Shown: positions 27,088-38,711, counted from the first letter of the stretch. The stretch: DNA of 64,000 nt from an uncultured Acidobacteriota bacterium (GCA_913043225.1 CAJWLU010000010.1:64001-128000); one strand, 5' to 3'. Notes: generated from the letters alone by a model not told the origin. Translations and numbers: made by a program.

Positions 27088-29431
27088 ATCGTCCCCCAAC
27101 CACGAATGCCCGCGGCATCCCCGGGTAGCCCAGCGCGCTGAAGTACTTCTCGTCGGTCAGGTTCTCGATGCGTGCGAAGGCGGTGAACTCGGGGCTGACC
27201 CGATACTGGCCGCCAGCACCCACCAGCGTGTAGCCAGGATTGACGGTGATGTCGACGGGCGTTCCGTCAGACACCCTTGAGAGCCCGAGGAACGAGGAGT
27301 CGTGCCTGTCGCCGACGAACCTCACGTTCAGGTGGAGGCTCGCGTCGCCCTGCGTGAACGTGGCCTGCGCGTTTCCTGAGTGCTTCGGGCGCCGCAGCAG
27401 CGGCTGACCCGCCCGGAACTGCTGGCTGGTGTTAACCGTGGCGACCACCTCAGTGTCCGTATACGCGTAGGACCCGGTTACCGTGAGTCCTCCGATCGGG
27501 CGCTGTAGGCCCCCTTCGATCTCCACCCCCCGGGCCTGGGATCCGGCGATGTTCAGGTAGTCGGGGATGCCGTCGCCGCCGAACCCCTGGGAGAACTGGA
27601 AAGCCACCTGGTCTTCATAGTCGTTGTCGAAGTAGGTCACCCGTCCGAGCCACTGCTGGGCGTTGAAGGTGAGCTCGACCCCCGCGTCGATGGTGGTGGC
27701 CCGCTCCGGCCTGAGGTCGGGGTTCCCGTTGACAAAGTCGGAGCCGAAGAGCTCGGAGAACGTCGGGTTCTTGATCCCACTGCCGACGTTGCCGAAGAGC
27801 TTCACTGACGAGACTGCCCCTTCGTTGATCGGCACCGGGTAGCCACCGGCTGAGAGCTTGGGGCTGGCCTCGGTGCCGAACCTGCTGTTGTCGTCCATCC
27901 TGACGCCTACGGTCGCATACCACTGGCCGGCCAGTGCCAGGCGCTGCTGCACGAAGAAGGCGTTGTTCTCGATCTCGAAGCCGCCACCTAGTGTCGCGTT
28001 CTCGCGGAGCGGGTCCTCCTCGCGTTCGAACTCGTAGCCGGCGCTGAGCACCTGATCTCCGGCCCAGGTCACGTTGGCCTGATACTGGGCCGAGTAGCGA
28101 CGGTGCTCCGACTCGAACAGGAACGGGAAGTCGAACACGCCGAACGGCGTCGCAGCGAGAAACTCACCGACACCGAGGTCGAATGTATTGGCGGCGAGGC
28201 TGGTGAACGTGGCCTGGTCGAGCAGCCGCACCAGTCGCGGACTGTCAGGGAACAGGGCACCCGGGGTGCCTGATAGCACCGCATACACACTCGGGAAGCT
28301 GTCGCCGGTCTTGTCGACCGAGACCCAATCGTTGCGGAAGTAGGTGATCCCGGCCGAGTGCGTGAACCAGTTCCGGAGGGTTTGGTCCATCGTTAGGTAG
28401 TAGGAGTAGTCGTTGGTGTCGTAGCCGGTTCCGGTGTCGCCGGGGGTAAAGCCGATCTGACCGACTGAGCGTCCCTCGGCGTCGCTGTAGCGGCCACCGA
28501 CCCGCAACCGGGTCTGGTTGCCGACGATGACGCCCAGGCCCCCGTCGACTGAGCCCTGGCGGAACTCGTCGTTCTCGGGGAGCTGGTCCTCGAAAGCGCC
28601 GTCGGTCCGACGGAACGCGCTGCCGAACTGATAGTTGAGCCGGTTGCGTGCTCCTCCCAGAACGCGGGCGTCGCCCCGGGCGCTGTTGAAGCTGCCTCCT
28701 TCAATCGACCCCTGGACGGCCGGTGCCCCGGTGGGCGTGCCCCGCTTGGTAAAGATCTGGATGACCGACCCGATGGCGTCGGAACCGTAGAGTGCCGACT
28801 GGGCGCCTCGCACCACCTCGACCCGTTCGACCTCGGCCGCCGATACCCGGCTGAAGTCGAAGCTTCCGCCGCTGGTGTTCACCTGCACTCCGTCGATCAG
28901 CACCTGGTTGTAGTCCGACTCGCCCCCGCGGCTGAAGAGCGACGAGAACTCACCTTCGCGTCCGGTGGTCTCGATGCTGAGTCCCGGGGTAAACCGGACG
29001 ATGTCGGCTAGCGAGGCCGCGCCCAGTCGTTCGATGTCGTCTTTGCTGAAGACCGAAAGTGATTCGGTAACCGACTGCTGGCTTTGTGCCGTGCGGGAGG
29101 CGGTGACCACGACCGTGTCGTTGAGGGGAGCCAGCCCGAGCTGGAAGTCCTGGGTCGCCGCCGCCGACACATCGACGTCGGCCGTACCCTGGGTGAATCC
29201 TCCAAGCCGGACCGTCAGATGATAGGAGCCCCCCTCGAGTGTCAGCTGGTAGCGGCCGTTCGCGTCGGTGGTGGCGATGCCCACGGGACGCTCGCCGAGC
29301 GACGCTTCGACGGTGGCACTGGGGAGCACCGCCCCGGTCGTGTCGCTGACGGTGCCGCTGATGGTCTGGGCGGAGCCCACCGCGGCCAGGGAGAGAAACA
29401 GGACGAGCGCCGAGAACGTGCGCGAAATCAC
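27071..29431 (-). CDS. btuB: TonB-dependent receptor, BtuB-like, with N-terminal carboxypeptidase-regulatory-like domain
   Basis: GTG 29431 with GGAGG RBS; signal peptide; DTVVVTASR TonB box; ERVEVVRGAQSALYGSDAIG plug; ENLTDEKY. Substrate inferred from the riboswitch operon. Confidence 0.85.
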   Translation of the reverse strand: MISRTFSALVLFLSLAAVGSAQTISGTVSDTTGAVLPSATVEASLGERPVGIATTDANGRYQLTLEGGSYHLTVRLGGFTQGTADVDVSAAATQDFQLGLAPLNDTVVVTASRTAQSQQSVTESLSVFSKDDIERLGAASLADIVRFTPGLSIETTGREGEFSSLFSRGGESDYNQVLIDGVQVNTSGGSFDFSRVSAAEVERVEVVRGAQSALYGSDAIGSVIQIFTKRGTPTGAPAVQGSIEGGSFNSARGDARVLGGARNRLNYQFGSAFRRTDGAFEDQLPENDEFRQGSVDGGLGVIVGNQTRLRVGGRYSDAEGRSVGQIGFTPGDTGTGYDTNDYSYYLTMDQTLRNWFTHSAGITYFRNDWVSVDKTGDSFPSVYAVLSGTPGALFPDSPRLVRLLDQATFTSLAANTFDLGVGEFLAATPFGVFDFPFLFESEHRRYSAQYQANVTWAGDQVLSAGYEFEREEDPLRENATLGGGFEIENNAFFVQQRLALAGQWYATVGVRMDDNSRFGTEASPKLSAGGYPVPINEGAVSSVKLFGNVGSGIKNPTFSELFGSDFVNGNPDLRPERATTIDAGVELTFNAQQWLGRVTYFDNDYEDQVAFQFSQGFGGDGIPDYLNIAGSQARGVEIEGGLQRPIGGLTVTGSYAYTDTEVVATVNTSQQFRAGQPLLRRPKHSGNAQATFTQGDASLHLNVRFVGDRHDSSFLGLSRVSDGTPVDITVNPGYTLVGAGGQYRVSPEFTAFARIENLTDEKYFSALGYPGMPRAFVVGGRFTLSR

Positions 29432-29546
29432 TTTACTACCTCCGATGTGTGAACGAACAAGGCGAGTGGTCGAGATGATGGCTTGGTTGGAGTCTAGACG
29501 GAGCTCCAAGAGGCCCATCTGACGGCGTTTGAAGCGTTTTTGAAGA

Positions 29547-30353
29547 TCATGCTGTGGTTATGTCCTCCACCAGTCGGCCGAGCAGATGTTCCACCGCTGG
29601 GGGATCGGGCAGGCGATAGCGGGCGCCACTTGGACGCGGGCCGACGGCCACACTGACTCCGTCGGAACCCAGGGCCGCAAAGGCATGTTCGTCGGTCTGG
29701 TCATCGCCGAGATAGACCAACCGAACCGAGGTGGCACGACGGCGTTCCACATCACGGCGGATCCAGATGACCGCGTCTCCCTTCGTCCATGATGACGCCG
29801 CGAGTAGCTCGAGGATGCAGTCACCTGGTTGCAGGCGCAACCGTTGTCGCGCGAGAAGATCGCGGGTGTCGTCGTGGAACCTCGACTCTGCGCGCCGCCG
29901 GTCTTCAGTCGTGGTCGCCCGCAAGTGCAACGTTACCGACTGGCGCTTGCATTCGACGAAGGCTCCCTCGACAGCGGCCGCGATCACGTCCAACCGGGTG
30001 GCCGCCTCGGCCAAGTCGGGCAGCTCGGCATCGTCGATGGGGGCGGTGGCGGCGTTGTGAGGACCTTCGATCTCGCACCCGTGGAGACCAGCGTAGTAGA
30101 CCGCGCCGTCAAGAGCGACCCGGCTCTTGATGTCGCCCAGTGGTCGACCGCTCACGATCCCGACATCGAACCGCGGATGCTCGACCAGCGAGGCCAGAAG
30201 CTGGCGTCGCGCTGGGGACAGAGCGACCTGTTCTGGGTCGGTCTGGAACTCGCAGAGCGTGCCGTCGAAGTCGGTCAGCAGGAGGAGCGAACCCTCTTCG
30301 TGGCATACCGCCCGGGCCACCGTCTCGACCGCGTCATAGCGTACCGGAGTCAC
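29547..30353 (-). CDS. otsB: Trehalose-6-phosphate phosphatase (HAD family)
   Basis: LTDFDGTL, IVSGR, YAGLHGCE, KGDAV, YLGDDQTDEHAF; GTGA overlap with the btuF stop. Confidence 0.9.
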   Translation of the reverse strand: MTPVRYDAVETVARAVCHEEGSLLLLTDFDGTLCEFQTDPEQVALSPARRQLLASLVEHPRFDVGIVSGRPLGDIKSRVALDGAVYYAGLHGCEIEGPHNAATAPIDDAELPDLAEAATRLDVIAAAVEGAFVECKRQSVTLHLRATTTEDRRRAESRFHDDTRDLLARQRLRLQPGDCILELLAASSWTKGDAVIWIRRDVERRRATSVRLVYLGDDQTDEHAFAALGSDGVSVAVGPRPSGARYRLPDPPAVEHLLGRLVEDITTA

Positions 30354-31216
30354 TCCTGGAAGGCCTTCGGATGCAGGGCGCGCGCGATCGCCTCGGTTGC
30401 GTCCCCCATCCGGGGACCGGGCTGCACGAACTCGTTGCCGAGCAGGAGGTGGACCCGTCCGGCGCGGACGGCCGGGATCGCCGGGAGACGGCTCCAGACC
30501 GCGCGCTCGGCGACCTGGCGGGCGGGCGTCATCCGTTCGTCGTAGCTCAGCTCGATGATGATGTCTGGGGCGGCGGTCAGGATCGACTCCGAAGAGAGCT
30601 GCACCGATTCGCGCGCGACGGCGGCGAAGACGTTGTCGCCCCCGGCCGCCTCGACCATGTCATGCAGGAACCCGATGCCCCCGCTTGCATACACGTTCGA
30701 CAAGGTACCTGGCTCGCGGCCGAACACGAGCATCACCCGTGGTTTGGGTTGGTCCGCTACCCGGTTGCTGACCCGCGTGATCTGGCTCCCGATACGGTCG
30801 GCCAGCGCGTCTGCGGGCATCCGCTGCCCGGTTCGGACTCCAAGCTCGCGAATGGTCGCCAGCGTGTCGTTCAGCCCCCCATGGGCGTACACGAACACGG
30901 AGATCCCGGCACGCTCAAGCTGCGCGAGCTGGTCCTCCTGGCTGCCGTACAGCACCACGAGGTCCGGCGTCAGCGCGATGATCTGTTCCATGTCCGGGTC
31001 GATCAGCCCGCCTACCTTGGGAAGGGAGTCGACCTCGGCCGGATGGCGATCGAAGCTCCCCACCCCGACAACCCGTGGGCCCGCGCCCATCGAGAACAAT
31101 GCTTCAGTGAGCGCGGGCACGATGGAGATGATGCGTCCGGGTCGGGTCTGAGCCGGAAGCGCAGCGACCCACACCGCTAGTGCAAAGGAGACAAGGAGAC
31201 GGCAGACAGGCGTCAT
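30350..31216 (-). CDS. btuF: Cobalamin-type ABC substrate-binding protein
   Basis: ATG 31216; RIISIVPALTEALF, VVGV, PKVGG..PDMEQIIALTPDLV, IPAVRAGRV, PGPR. Confidence 0.88.
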   Translation of the reverse strand: MTPVCRLLVSFALAVWVAALPAQTRPGRIISIVPALTEALFSMGAGPRVVGVGSFDRHPAEVDSLPKVGGLIDPDMEQIIALTPDLVVLYGSQEDQLAQLERAGISVFVYAHGGLNDTLATIRELGVRTGQRMPADALADRIGSQITRVSNRVADQPKPRVMLVFGREPGTLSNVYASGGIGFLHDMVEAAGGDNVFAAVARESVQLSSESILTAAPDIIIELSYDERMTPARQVAERAVWSRLPAIPAVRAGRVHLLLGNEFVQPGPRMGDATEAIARALHPKAFQE

Positions 31217-32276
31217 CGAGGACCTCCGCCTCGGGTCACGAGCAGCCAGAGGAAGAACGGGCCGCCGAGCATGGCGGTGATGACCCCCACGGGAAGTTCC
31301 ATGGGGGAGAGCAGGGTGCGTGCGGCCGTGTCGCAGACGACGAGGAACGTCGCGCCCAGACAGGCCGAAGCTGGGAGTACGAAGCGGTGGTCGGCGCCGA
31401 TCAGTAGCCGGACGAGATGCGGAACGATGATGCCGATGAACCCGATCGGTCCTCCGAGGGCGACCGCGGCGCCGGTTGCCAGAGAGGCACTGACGAACGC
31501 CAGTCGCTGGGTGCGGAGCACGTCGATACCTCGCGCAGCCGCACTGTCGGTGCCTAGGGTTAGGAGGTTGAGCGCCCGGGGTAGTCCCGCGAAAGCTCCG
31601 GCCGCCACGAGTAGCATCGGCAACGCCCAAAGGAGCGGTTGATAGCTGCTCACGTCCAGGTTGCCCATGACCCAGCGGATGGCCTGGAAGCTCTGGGTGA
31701 AATCGGCCAGATACTGGACGAACAGGATGATGGCCGAGAACAGCGAGTTGAGTGTCACGCCCGCCAGGAGTAGTACGTTGGTGGAGAGCCCCTGGCGTCG
31801 CATCGTGGCGAGCCCATAGACCACGCCGACCGCGGCCAGGGCGCCTACGAAGCTAGCCAACGGAACGGCCGGAATGCCGGCCAGCGTTAGTGGCAAGCCG
31901 AACGTGATAACCAGCATCGCGCCAAGTGAGGCGCCGGCCGAGACGCCGAGCGTGAACGGGGTGGCCAGAGGGTTTCGCAGCAGAGCTTGCAGCACGACGC
32001 CAGCCGCGGCGAGCGCCCCGCCGACCAGGGCGCCTGCCAAGGTGCGGGGTAACCGCGCGATGAAGAAGATCTGCGCGTCGACGTTGTCGGCGAATGCTAT
32101 CGTCGGGTCGAAGACCTGCCGCAGGCTGATCGCGGTCGGGCCGACCAGCGGCGCACAGAGGACGGCGAGCACCGCCAGTAGCAGGAAACCGATCTGCACG
32201 GCCCAGACCCGGCGGCGACGCGCCCCGGCGGTGACCCCGGCGACGACCGGCAGCAGACCCACGTAGGAGGGCGTCG

Positions 32277-32280
<4 letters not shown>
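31213..32280 (-). CDS. btuC: FecCD/BtuC-family ABC permease
   Basis: RLPRTL, QALLRNPLATPFTLGVSAGA, GPIGFIGIIVPH, ELPVGVITA. Start uncertain (CTG 32280 with AAGGAG RBS, or GTG 32262). Confidence 0.88.
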
Positions 32281-33083
<803 letters not shown>

Positions 33084-33221
33084 CGTCTGGGCGGACGCAG
33101 TGGGGCGTCGCGGTAAAGGGGGTCCGACCTGCGAGATGGAGAAAACGAGAGGAGACCACTGGTTCCTTTCCGGCGTTTCCACGCGCCGTGCCCGTCCGCA
33201 TGCGGACGGTGCGAAAGGACG

Positions 33222-33384
33222 AACCCGGTGGTCAGGTTTCCTGACTCGCGAATCAACGCGGCTCGGTGGCGCCTTCCCACGCGGTGCGCAGTGGCGGGCC
33301 CGGAGGCCGGGTACCGAACCGCTCCTCGCTTACAGTGGCGGGACCGTGTGGGCTTCGCACCCACTTCCCTTGCCAACCGGGGAG
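33222..33384 (-). ncRNA. Cobalamin riboswitch
   Basis: Minus strand reads GGT..AAGGGAAGTGGGTGCGAAGCCCACACGGTCCCGCCACTGTAA..GCCACTG..GGGAAGGC..GAGTCAGGAAACCTGACC (B12 box). Extended -10 TGGTATACT at 33401-33409; perfect hairpin at 33192-33209 in the expression platform. Confidence 0.96.
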
Positions 33385-33467
33385 CGTCGAAAGAGGGCGA
33401 AGTATACCACGGTCGGTCGGCGTGGCCGGTTGCCTGCCGCCGTGACTCCGGCGTACGATAGCGGTTC

Positions 33468-33677
33468 GTGACCGACGCGGATGCAGCGACCGGGGGGCTT
33501 CGGGTCACGACCCGCGACCTCGTCATTTCCACCACTCAGCGGGCCGAAGTGGTCGGCCTGACGGAGCAACTGACGGACGCGGTGCTGGCCAGCACGGCCG
33601 AGCCCGAGGCTGGCCCGTGTCCCCTTCAACTGCGGGCCCCGGTGTGGCGCACGATGGATGGCGCCGCGTCTCGATGA
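33468..33677 (+). pseudogene. Possible truncated YjbQ (UPF0047) remnant
   Basis: RDLVISTTQRAEVVGLTEQLTDAV resembles the YjbQ N-terminus, then similarity stops and the HTT motif is absent. Confidence 0.4.
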
Positions 33678-34780
33678 CTATGCAGACACGACTGGCCCAG
33701 AGCGGGCTCTCCGAGATCGCCGACAAGCTCGATGCGGGTATCCGGCTCGAGCTTGAGGATGGTGTCCGTCTGTTCGAGTGTTCCGATCTGCTTGCCGTCG
33801 GCTGGTTGGCCAACCGCGAGCGCGAGCGGAGGCATGCCGGTCAGACTTTCTTTAACCACAACATCCGGATCGAGGCGACCAACGTTTGCGTGGCCAGTTG
33901 CCTCTTCTGCGCGTTTGCCCGGCTGCAGCCCGGTGATGACGGCGCCTACACGTTGTCGCTCGAACAGGTCTGGGAGAAGCTACGGGTGCGGGCCGACCAA
34001 CCGCTGACCGAGGTACATGTGGTCAATGGGCTCCATCCCGACCTGTCGTTCGACTACTACCTGGAGTTGCTGCGGGGCTTCAAGAAGATCCGCCCGGACG
34101 TGCACCTGAAGTGCTTCACCGCCGTCGAGATAGCCTTTTTTGCCGATATCTACGGCCGCACGGACGAGCAGGTTCTGCGAGAGTTGATGGAGGCCGGACT
34201 CGACTCGCTGCCTGGCGGTGGCGCCGAGGTGTTCTCGGAACGGGTCCGTCAGAAGCTCTGTCACGACAAGTGCGGCAGCGACCGCTATCTCGACATTCAT
34301 CGCACGGCGCACCGTCTAGGCATGCGGTCGAACGTCACCATGCTCTACGGTCACATCGAGACGAACGAAGAGCGCATCGATCACATGCTGCGGGCACGTG
34401 CGTTGCAAGACGAGACCGGAGGGTTCCAGGCATTTATCCCGCTAGCGTTCCACCCCGACAACAACCAGATGCGTAAGTTACCCGCGCCGACCGCGGTCGA
34501 CACGCTGCGGGTGCACGCGGTCGCCCGACTGATGATGGACAACGTCGCCCACATCAAGGCGTTCTGGATAGCCACCGGCGTGGAGACTGCGCAGACCTCA
34601 CTCTGGTTCGGCGTGGATGACTTGGACGGGACCGTCCAGGAAGAGCAGATCTACCACATGGCCGGCGCCCGCACCCCGGAGGCGCTGAGTACCGAGGATA
34701 TCAGTCGGCTGATCCGGGTGGCGGGCCGTGACCCGGTCGAGCGGGACACGCTCTATAACGTCGTTTCGATGCCGGCCTGA
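33674..34780 (+). CDS. mqnE: Aminofutalosine synthase (radical SAM)
   Basis: TNVCVASCLFCAF, GLHPDL, KCFTAVEI, SLPGGGAE, MLYGHIE, FIPLAFHP, HIKAFW. Confidence 0.9.
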   Translation: MTMQTRLAQSGLSEIADKLDAGIRLELEDGVRLFECSDLLAVGWLANRERERRHAGQTFFNHNIRIEATNVCVASCLFCAFARLQPGDDGAYTLSLEQVWEKLRVRADQPLTEVHVVNGLHPDLSFDYYLELLRGFKKIRPDVHLKCFTAVEIAFFADIYGRTDEQVLRELMEAGLDSLPGGGAEVFSERVRQKLCHDKCGSDRYLDIHRTAHRLGMRSNVTMLYGHIETNEERIDHMLRARALQDETGGFQAFIPLAFHPDNNQMRKLPAPTAVDTLRVHAVARLMMDNVAHIKAFWIATGVETAQTSLWFGVDDLDGTVQEEQIYHMAGARTPEALSTEDISRLIRVAGRDPVERDTLYNVVSMPA

Positions 34781-34840
34781 TTTGCCACAACCGTTGTTGT
34801 ATCGCGTTTCTTGATCCCACTTGTGAAGGAGAGTGTTCTG

Positions 34841-35440
34841 ATGGCGTACGAGCTTCCCGACCTGCCCTACGGCTTTGATGCCCTGGCCCCGCATATCGAC
34901 GAACAGACGATGCGCATCCACCACGGTAAGCACCACGCGACCTACATCACCAAGCTCAACGGCGCACTGGACGGACATGCGGACCTGGCGGCCAAGTCGG
35001 TCGAGGATCTAATTGCCGATCTGGATGCCGTGCCCGAGGCGATCCGGGGCGCCGTCCGCAACAACGGCGGCGGCCACGCCAACCACACGTTGTTCTGGCA
35101 GGTTATGGCGCCGGGCGCCGGCGGCGCGCCGAGCGGAGCGATTGCCGACGCGATCAACGGCACCTTTGGCAGTTTCGACAGCTTCAAGGAACAGTTCGCC
35201 GCGGCTGGCGTGGGCCGGTTCGGGAGCGGCTGGGCCTGGCTTCTGAAGGACGGCGATTCGCTGGCGGTCGAGAGCTCGCCGAACCAGGACAGCCCGGTGA
35301 TGGCAGGCAAGACGCCGCTCCTGGGTCTGGACGTCTGGGAGCACGCCTACTACCTGAACTACCAGAACCGGCGGCCCGACTACATCTCGGCCTGGTGGAA
35401 CGTCGTGAACTGGGACGAGGTCAATCGTCGCCTGGGGTAG
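34841..35440 (+). CDS. sodA: Superoxide dismutase, Mn-type
   Basis: [37 protein letters not shown]. Confidence 0.96.
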   Translation: MAYELPDLPYGFDALAPHIDEQTMRIHHGKHHATYITKLNGALDGHADLAAKSVEDLIADLDAVPEAIRGAVRNNGGGHANHTLFWQVMAPGAGGAPSGAIADAINGTFGSFDSFKEQFAAAGVGRFGSGWAWLLKDGDSLAVESSPNQDSPVMAGKTPLLGLDVWEHAYYLNYQNRRPDYISAWWNVVNWDEVNRRLG

Positions 35441-35452
35441 TCTCTGCCTAGG

Positions 35453-35481
35453 GGACCGGACCGCGACGGGCGGTCCGGTCC
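35453..35481 (+). terminator. 12-bp perfect hairpin after sodA (terminator or stabiliser)
   Basis: GGACCGGACCGC-GACGG-GCGGTCCGGTCC; only a weak U-tract. Confidence 0.55.
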
Positions 35482-35491
35482 TTCCTCACAC

Positions 35492-36298
35492 ATGACCCTG
35501 TCCTTCGTCCTGTTTCTGTTCCTAGCCCATCTCGGGATCGGGGTTATTTTCTCGCTGCTGCTTGTCAGTAGGGAAGCGGGCGTTGCGTTTTTTCGGTTCA
35601 ACGCAGGGCTCGCGGCCGTGTTGCTGCTGATCGCGCTCGCCTTCAGGCCTGGCGAGATCGAGTTGGCGCCCGGCACCCAGGGCAACGCGTTCCTGGCGGT
35701 GATCGTGTGTACCGGGGCCATCCTGATCTACTGGGCCACCATCGGACGGGTGGCGGCGTGGTTGCGGCCGATTCTGCTCGGCACCGCGGTGGTGGCCGGC
35801 ACCGTCGGGCTGCTGCTTCAGGCGCTGGCGATCTCGGGAGATGCCTCGAACTTGGTCGCCACCCTTACGGCAGTCAGCTTTCTGACCTCGACGGCGCTCT
35901 TAGGTGGCACCTGCACTGCGATGACGCTCGGCCACTGGTATCTCGTGCTGCCCTCGATGCCGGTCGACCACTTGCAATCGGTGGTGAAGTTCCACATCGG
36001 GTCGACTGCGGCGCGCATCCTCGTGGTGGGGGTGGCAGTCTGGTGGGCGCTCAGCGTGGCCGACCTACCCGAGCCGGGCTTCTATCGCTACATGATGTCG
36101 ATCGACGGCATCTTCTTCTGGCAGCGGATTCTGTTCGGGCTACTTGGTCCGGCCGTGCTCGCCTACATGACTTGGGAGACCGCGAAGATTCAGGCTACCC
36201 AGTCGGCCACCGGCATTCTGTACGTCGATTTCTTCACCGTGATGGTGGGCGAGGTGCTTGCCAAGTATCTCTTGGTGGCGACCACCGTTCCTGTCTAG
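35492..36298 (+). CDS. Multi-pass membrane protein of unknown function
   Basis: About 8 hydrophobic segments; MTLGHWYL and TQSATGILY motifs. Confidence 0.8.
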   Translation: MTLSFVLFLFLAHLGIGVIFSLLLVSREAGVAFFRFNAGLAAVLLLIALAFRPGEIELAPGTQGNAFLAVIVCTGAILIYWATIGRVAAWLRPILLGTAVVAGTVGLLLQALAISGDASNLVATLTAVSFLTSTALLGGTCTAMTLGHWYLVLPSMPVDHLQSVVKFHIGSTAARILVVGVAVWWALSVADLPEPGFYRYMMSIDGIFFWQRILFGLLGPAVLAYMTWETAKIQATQSATGILYVDFFTVMVGEVLAKYLLVATTVPV

Positions 36299-36334
36299 CC
36301 CGACACCAAAGCTCAAAACTCGAGAGGTCGACCC

Positions 36335-36799
36335 CTGGAAGTTACCGTCGTTTGTCATCAGTGTGGGAGCGCCCTCCCGGTCGATGCAGCTGAGGAATCG
36401 CTGCAGATCAACTGCGGACGCTGCAAGCAGGCGTTCATGCTGAGCTTCTCGGACGACGTTCGGGCCAGCACGAAGGTCGACCAGTGCCCCGTCTGTGAAG
36501 GCGGCGATTTCTACATGCGCAAGGACTTCGACCCTAAGGTCGGGGTCACGGTCATCGTCATCGCGGCGTTGATCAGCGCGGGTTTCTACTTCTACGGTCA
36601 GGATCTGATCGCCTACGGTGTTTTGGGCGGTGCCGCCCTGATCGACCTATTTATCTACAGCCGCCTCAAGGACCTGACGGTCTGCTACCGCTGCCACGCT
36701 GAGTTCCGAGGGTCGTTTGAGCATTCAGCGCCGCCGTTCGATCTCCACACCGCAGACGAGCTCGAGCCGGAATACGAGCGTAAAGTCGGGAAGCGCTAG
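36335..36799 (+). CDS. Membrane protein with four CxxC pairs
   Basis: The frame upstream of ORF-track start 36437 is open and adds CHQC and CGRC. CTG 36335 follows GAGAGG. Further CPVC, two TMs, CYRC. Confidence 0.72.
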   Translation: MEVTVVCHQCGSALPVDAAEESLQINCGRCKQAFMLSFSDDVRASTKVDQCPVCEGGDFYMRKDFDPKVGVTVIVIAALISAGFYFYGQDLIAYGVLGGAALIDLFIYSRLKDLTVCYRCHAEFRGSFEHSAPPFDLHTADELEPEYERKVGKR

Positions 36800-36854
36800 G
36801 CGGGGTGCTGCTGGACGACTGGGTGAGGGTAGCCGGTATGGCCTGCGGAACCGG

Positions 36855-38066
36855 CTAGAACAGCTTCACTTCCACAAGCTCAGCCTTTTCGACAACGTTG
36901 GTTCGGGTTGGGATCTCGATGTAGCCGTCGGCTCGCGACATGCTCGTGATATCGCCTGACGCCTTGAACGCACCAATCGCTTTGCCGTCGACCACCCGCA
37001 CCGAGTAGAGCTGGTGGCGTCCCGACACCGAGTTGAACCGTTGCCCGGCCGGTACGGTGACCGTGCGGAAGCGGTGCGGAGGGAGACGGGCGATGCGGCG
37101 GAGCATGGGCATCAGCAGCAGATAGGCGTTCGACAGGCAGGAGGTGGGGTAGCCGGGCATGCCCAGGACCGGAGTGCTCCCGATCCGGCCGAGAACGGTC
37201 GGTTTCCCCGGCTTGACCGCGATGCCGTGGAACAGCACCTCGCCTTTCAGTCGCAGCACGTCGATGGTCAGGTCGCGTTCGCCCACCGAGCTGCCGCCCG
37301 AGAAGACCAGGATGTCGGCGCCGTCGGCCAAACAGGCGTCGACAGTGGCGCCGAGCTCGTCGATGCTGTCGGGCGCCGTGGGCAGCGGGAATGCGACCCC
37401 ACCATGCTCCTGGATCACCGCGCCGAGCGAATACCGATTGATGTCGTAGATCTGGCCGGGTCCCAGTGGCTGACCTGGCGCAGTGATCTCGTTGCCGGTG
37501 GACAGGATGGCTACGCGCGGTCGGGTATAGACGTTGACCTCGGCGATGCCGAGGGCCGCGATGGAGCCGACGCGGCTTGGTGTCAGATGGTCTCCGGCTT
37601 CGAGTAGCTCGGTGCCCGTGGAGATGTCGGCGCCCCGCCGTCCAATGTTCTGGCGTGGATAGATCGGGGTGAAGACCGAAACGTCGTCACCGACGCGTTC
37701 GGTTTCCTCGACCATCACCACCGCGTTGGCGCCGTCGGGCATCGGCGCTCCGGTGGCGATCTGCGTGCACTGGCCCGCTGCGACCGTCTTTGACGGGATG
37801 CCGCCGGTGTGCACCGTCTCCAAGCAGGTGAGCCGACGGGGCTCGTCGCGGCTGGCGCCGAAGGTGTTCTCGGCGACTAGCGCGTAGCCGTCCATGGCCG
37901 CCCGGTCGAACGGCGGTACATCCTGGTCCGCCACGATGGCGCTGGCGAGGACCCGGCCGACCGCCCCGTCGAGGTCGACCCGCTCGATCCGGTCGAGTGG
38001 CACGCTCGCCTGCTCGGTCAGCGACAGCGCCTCCTCGATCGGAATTGTCTTCTTGATCGGCCGCAT
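36855..38066 (-). CDS. moeA: Molybdopterin molybdotransferase
   Basis: PPFDRAAMDGYA, IATGAPMP, STGNEI, SGGSSVG, KPGKPT, GMPGYPTS. Confidence 0.96.
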   Translation of the reverse strand: MRPIKKTIPIEEALSLTEQASVPLDRIERVDLDGAVGRVLASAIVADQDVPPFDRAAMDGYALVAENTFGASRDEPRRLTCLETVHTGGIPSKTVAAGQCTQIATGAPMPDGANAVVMVEETERVGDDVSVFTPIYPRQNIGRRGADISTGTELLEAGDHLTPSRVGSIAALGIAEVNVYTRPRVAILSTGNEITAPGQPLGPGQIYDINRYSLGAVIQEHGGVAFPLPTAPDSIDELGATVDACLADGADILVFSGGSSVGERDLTIDVLRLKGEVLFHGIAVKPGKPTVLGRIGSTPVLGMPGYPTSCLSNAYLLLMPMLRRIARLPPHRFRTVTVPAGQRFNSVSGRHQLYSVRVVDGKAIGAFKASGDITSMSRADGYIEIPTRTNVVEKAELVEVKLF

Positions 38067-38080
38067 CTTTGTACCGGTGT

Positions 38081-38584
38081 TCACCGTGTTACCTCGCGCA
38101 CGAGATGACCGAGCTCGGGTAGTACCAGTCTGGTCATTCCCAGTCGGACCGCGTTCTGTGAACCTGGCATCGAGATCAGGACCTTACCGCGGGCTGCCCC
38201 CGCACAGGCTCTCGATAGCATGGCCGAGGGACCGATCTCCTCGAAACTGAGCGTCCGGAACAACTCGCCAAAGCCATCGAGTCGCTTGTCCAGGAGATCG
38301 CTGACCACCTCGTAGGTGCCGTCTCGACGGCTGATGCCGGTGCCGCCAGTGGTGATCACCGCCTGCACGACATCGGTATCGAGCTGGGCCGAAATGGCAT
38401 AGCGCAGCGTCTTGGCCTCGTCGGGCACGATGGCATGCCCGATGACCTCATGACCGTTTTCGGTCAGCAGTTCACGGAGCAGGCGCCCGCCGGTATCAGT
38501 TTCTTCCGTGCGGGTGTCGCTGACTGTCAGCACATAGCACCTAATGTTGGTCGGTGACGCCCGCTTGTGTTCCTGGTGGCTCAT
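38081..38584 (-). CDS. moaB: Molybdopterin adenylyltransferase MoaB/MogA
   Basis: ATG 38584; LTVSD, TTGGTG..RD, GFGELFR, MLSRA, MPGS. Confidence 0.93.
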   Translation of the reverse strand: MSHQEHKRASPTNIRCYVLTVSDTRTEETDTGGRLLRELLTENGHEVIGHAIVPDEAKTLRYAISAQLDTDVVQAVITTGGTGISRRDGTYEVVSDLLDKRLDGFGELFRTLSFEEIGPSAMLSRACAGAARGKVLISMPGSQNAVRLGMTRLVLPELGHLVREVTR

Positions 38585-38711
38585 CGGCGGAATCATACCC
38601 GGTAGCCTGCGGTTGTCCGGGGTCGCTGCTGCAGGGCAGGTCTTTAGACTCGCCGGCGCGAGTTTCCATGGGCCCGCCTTTCGGCCCGTCATCGTGCGAT
38701 CATGGACCGCC

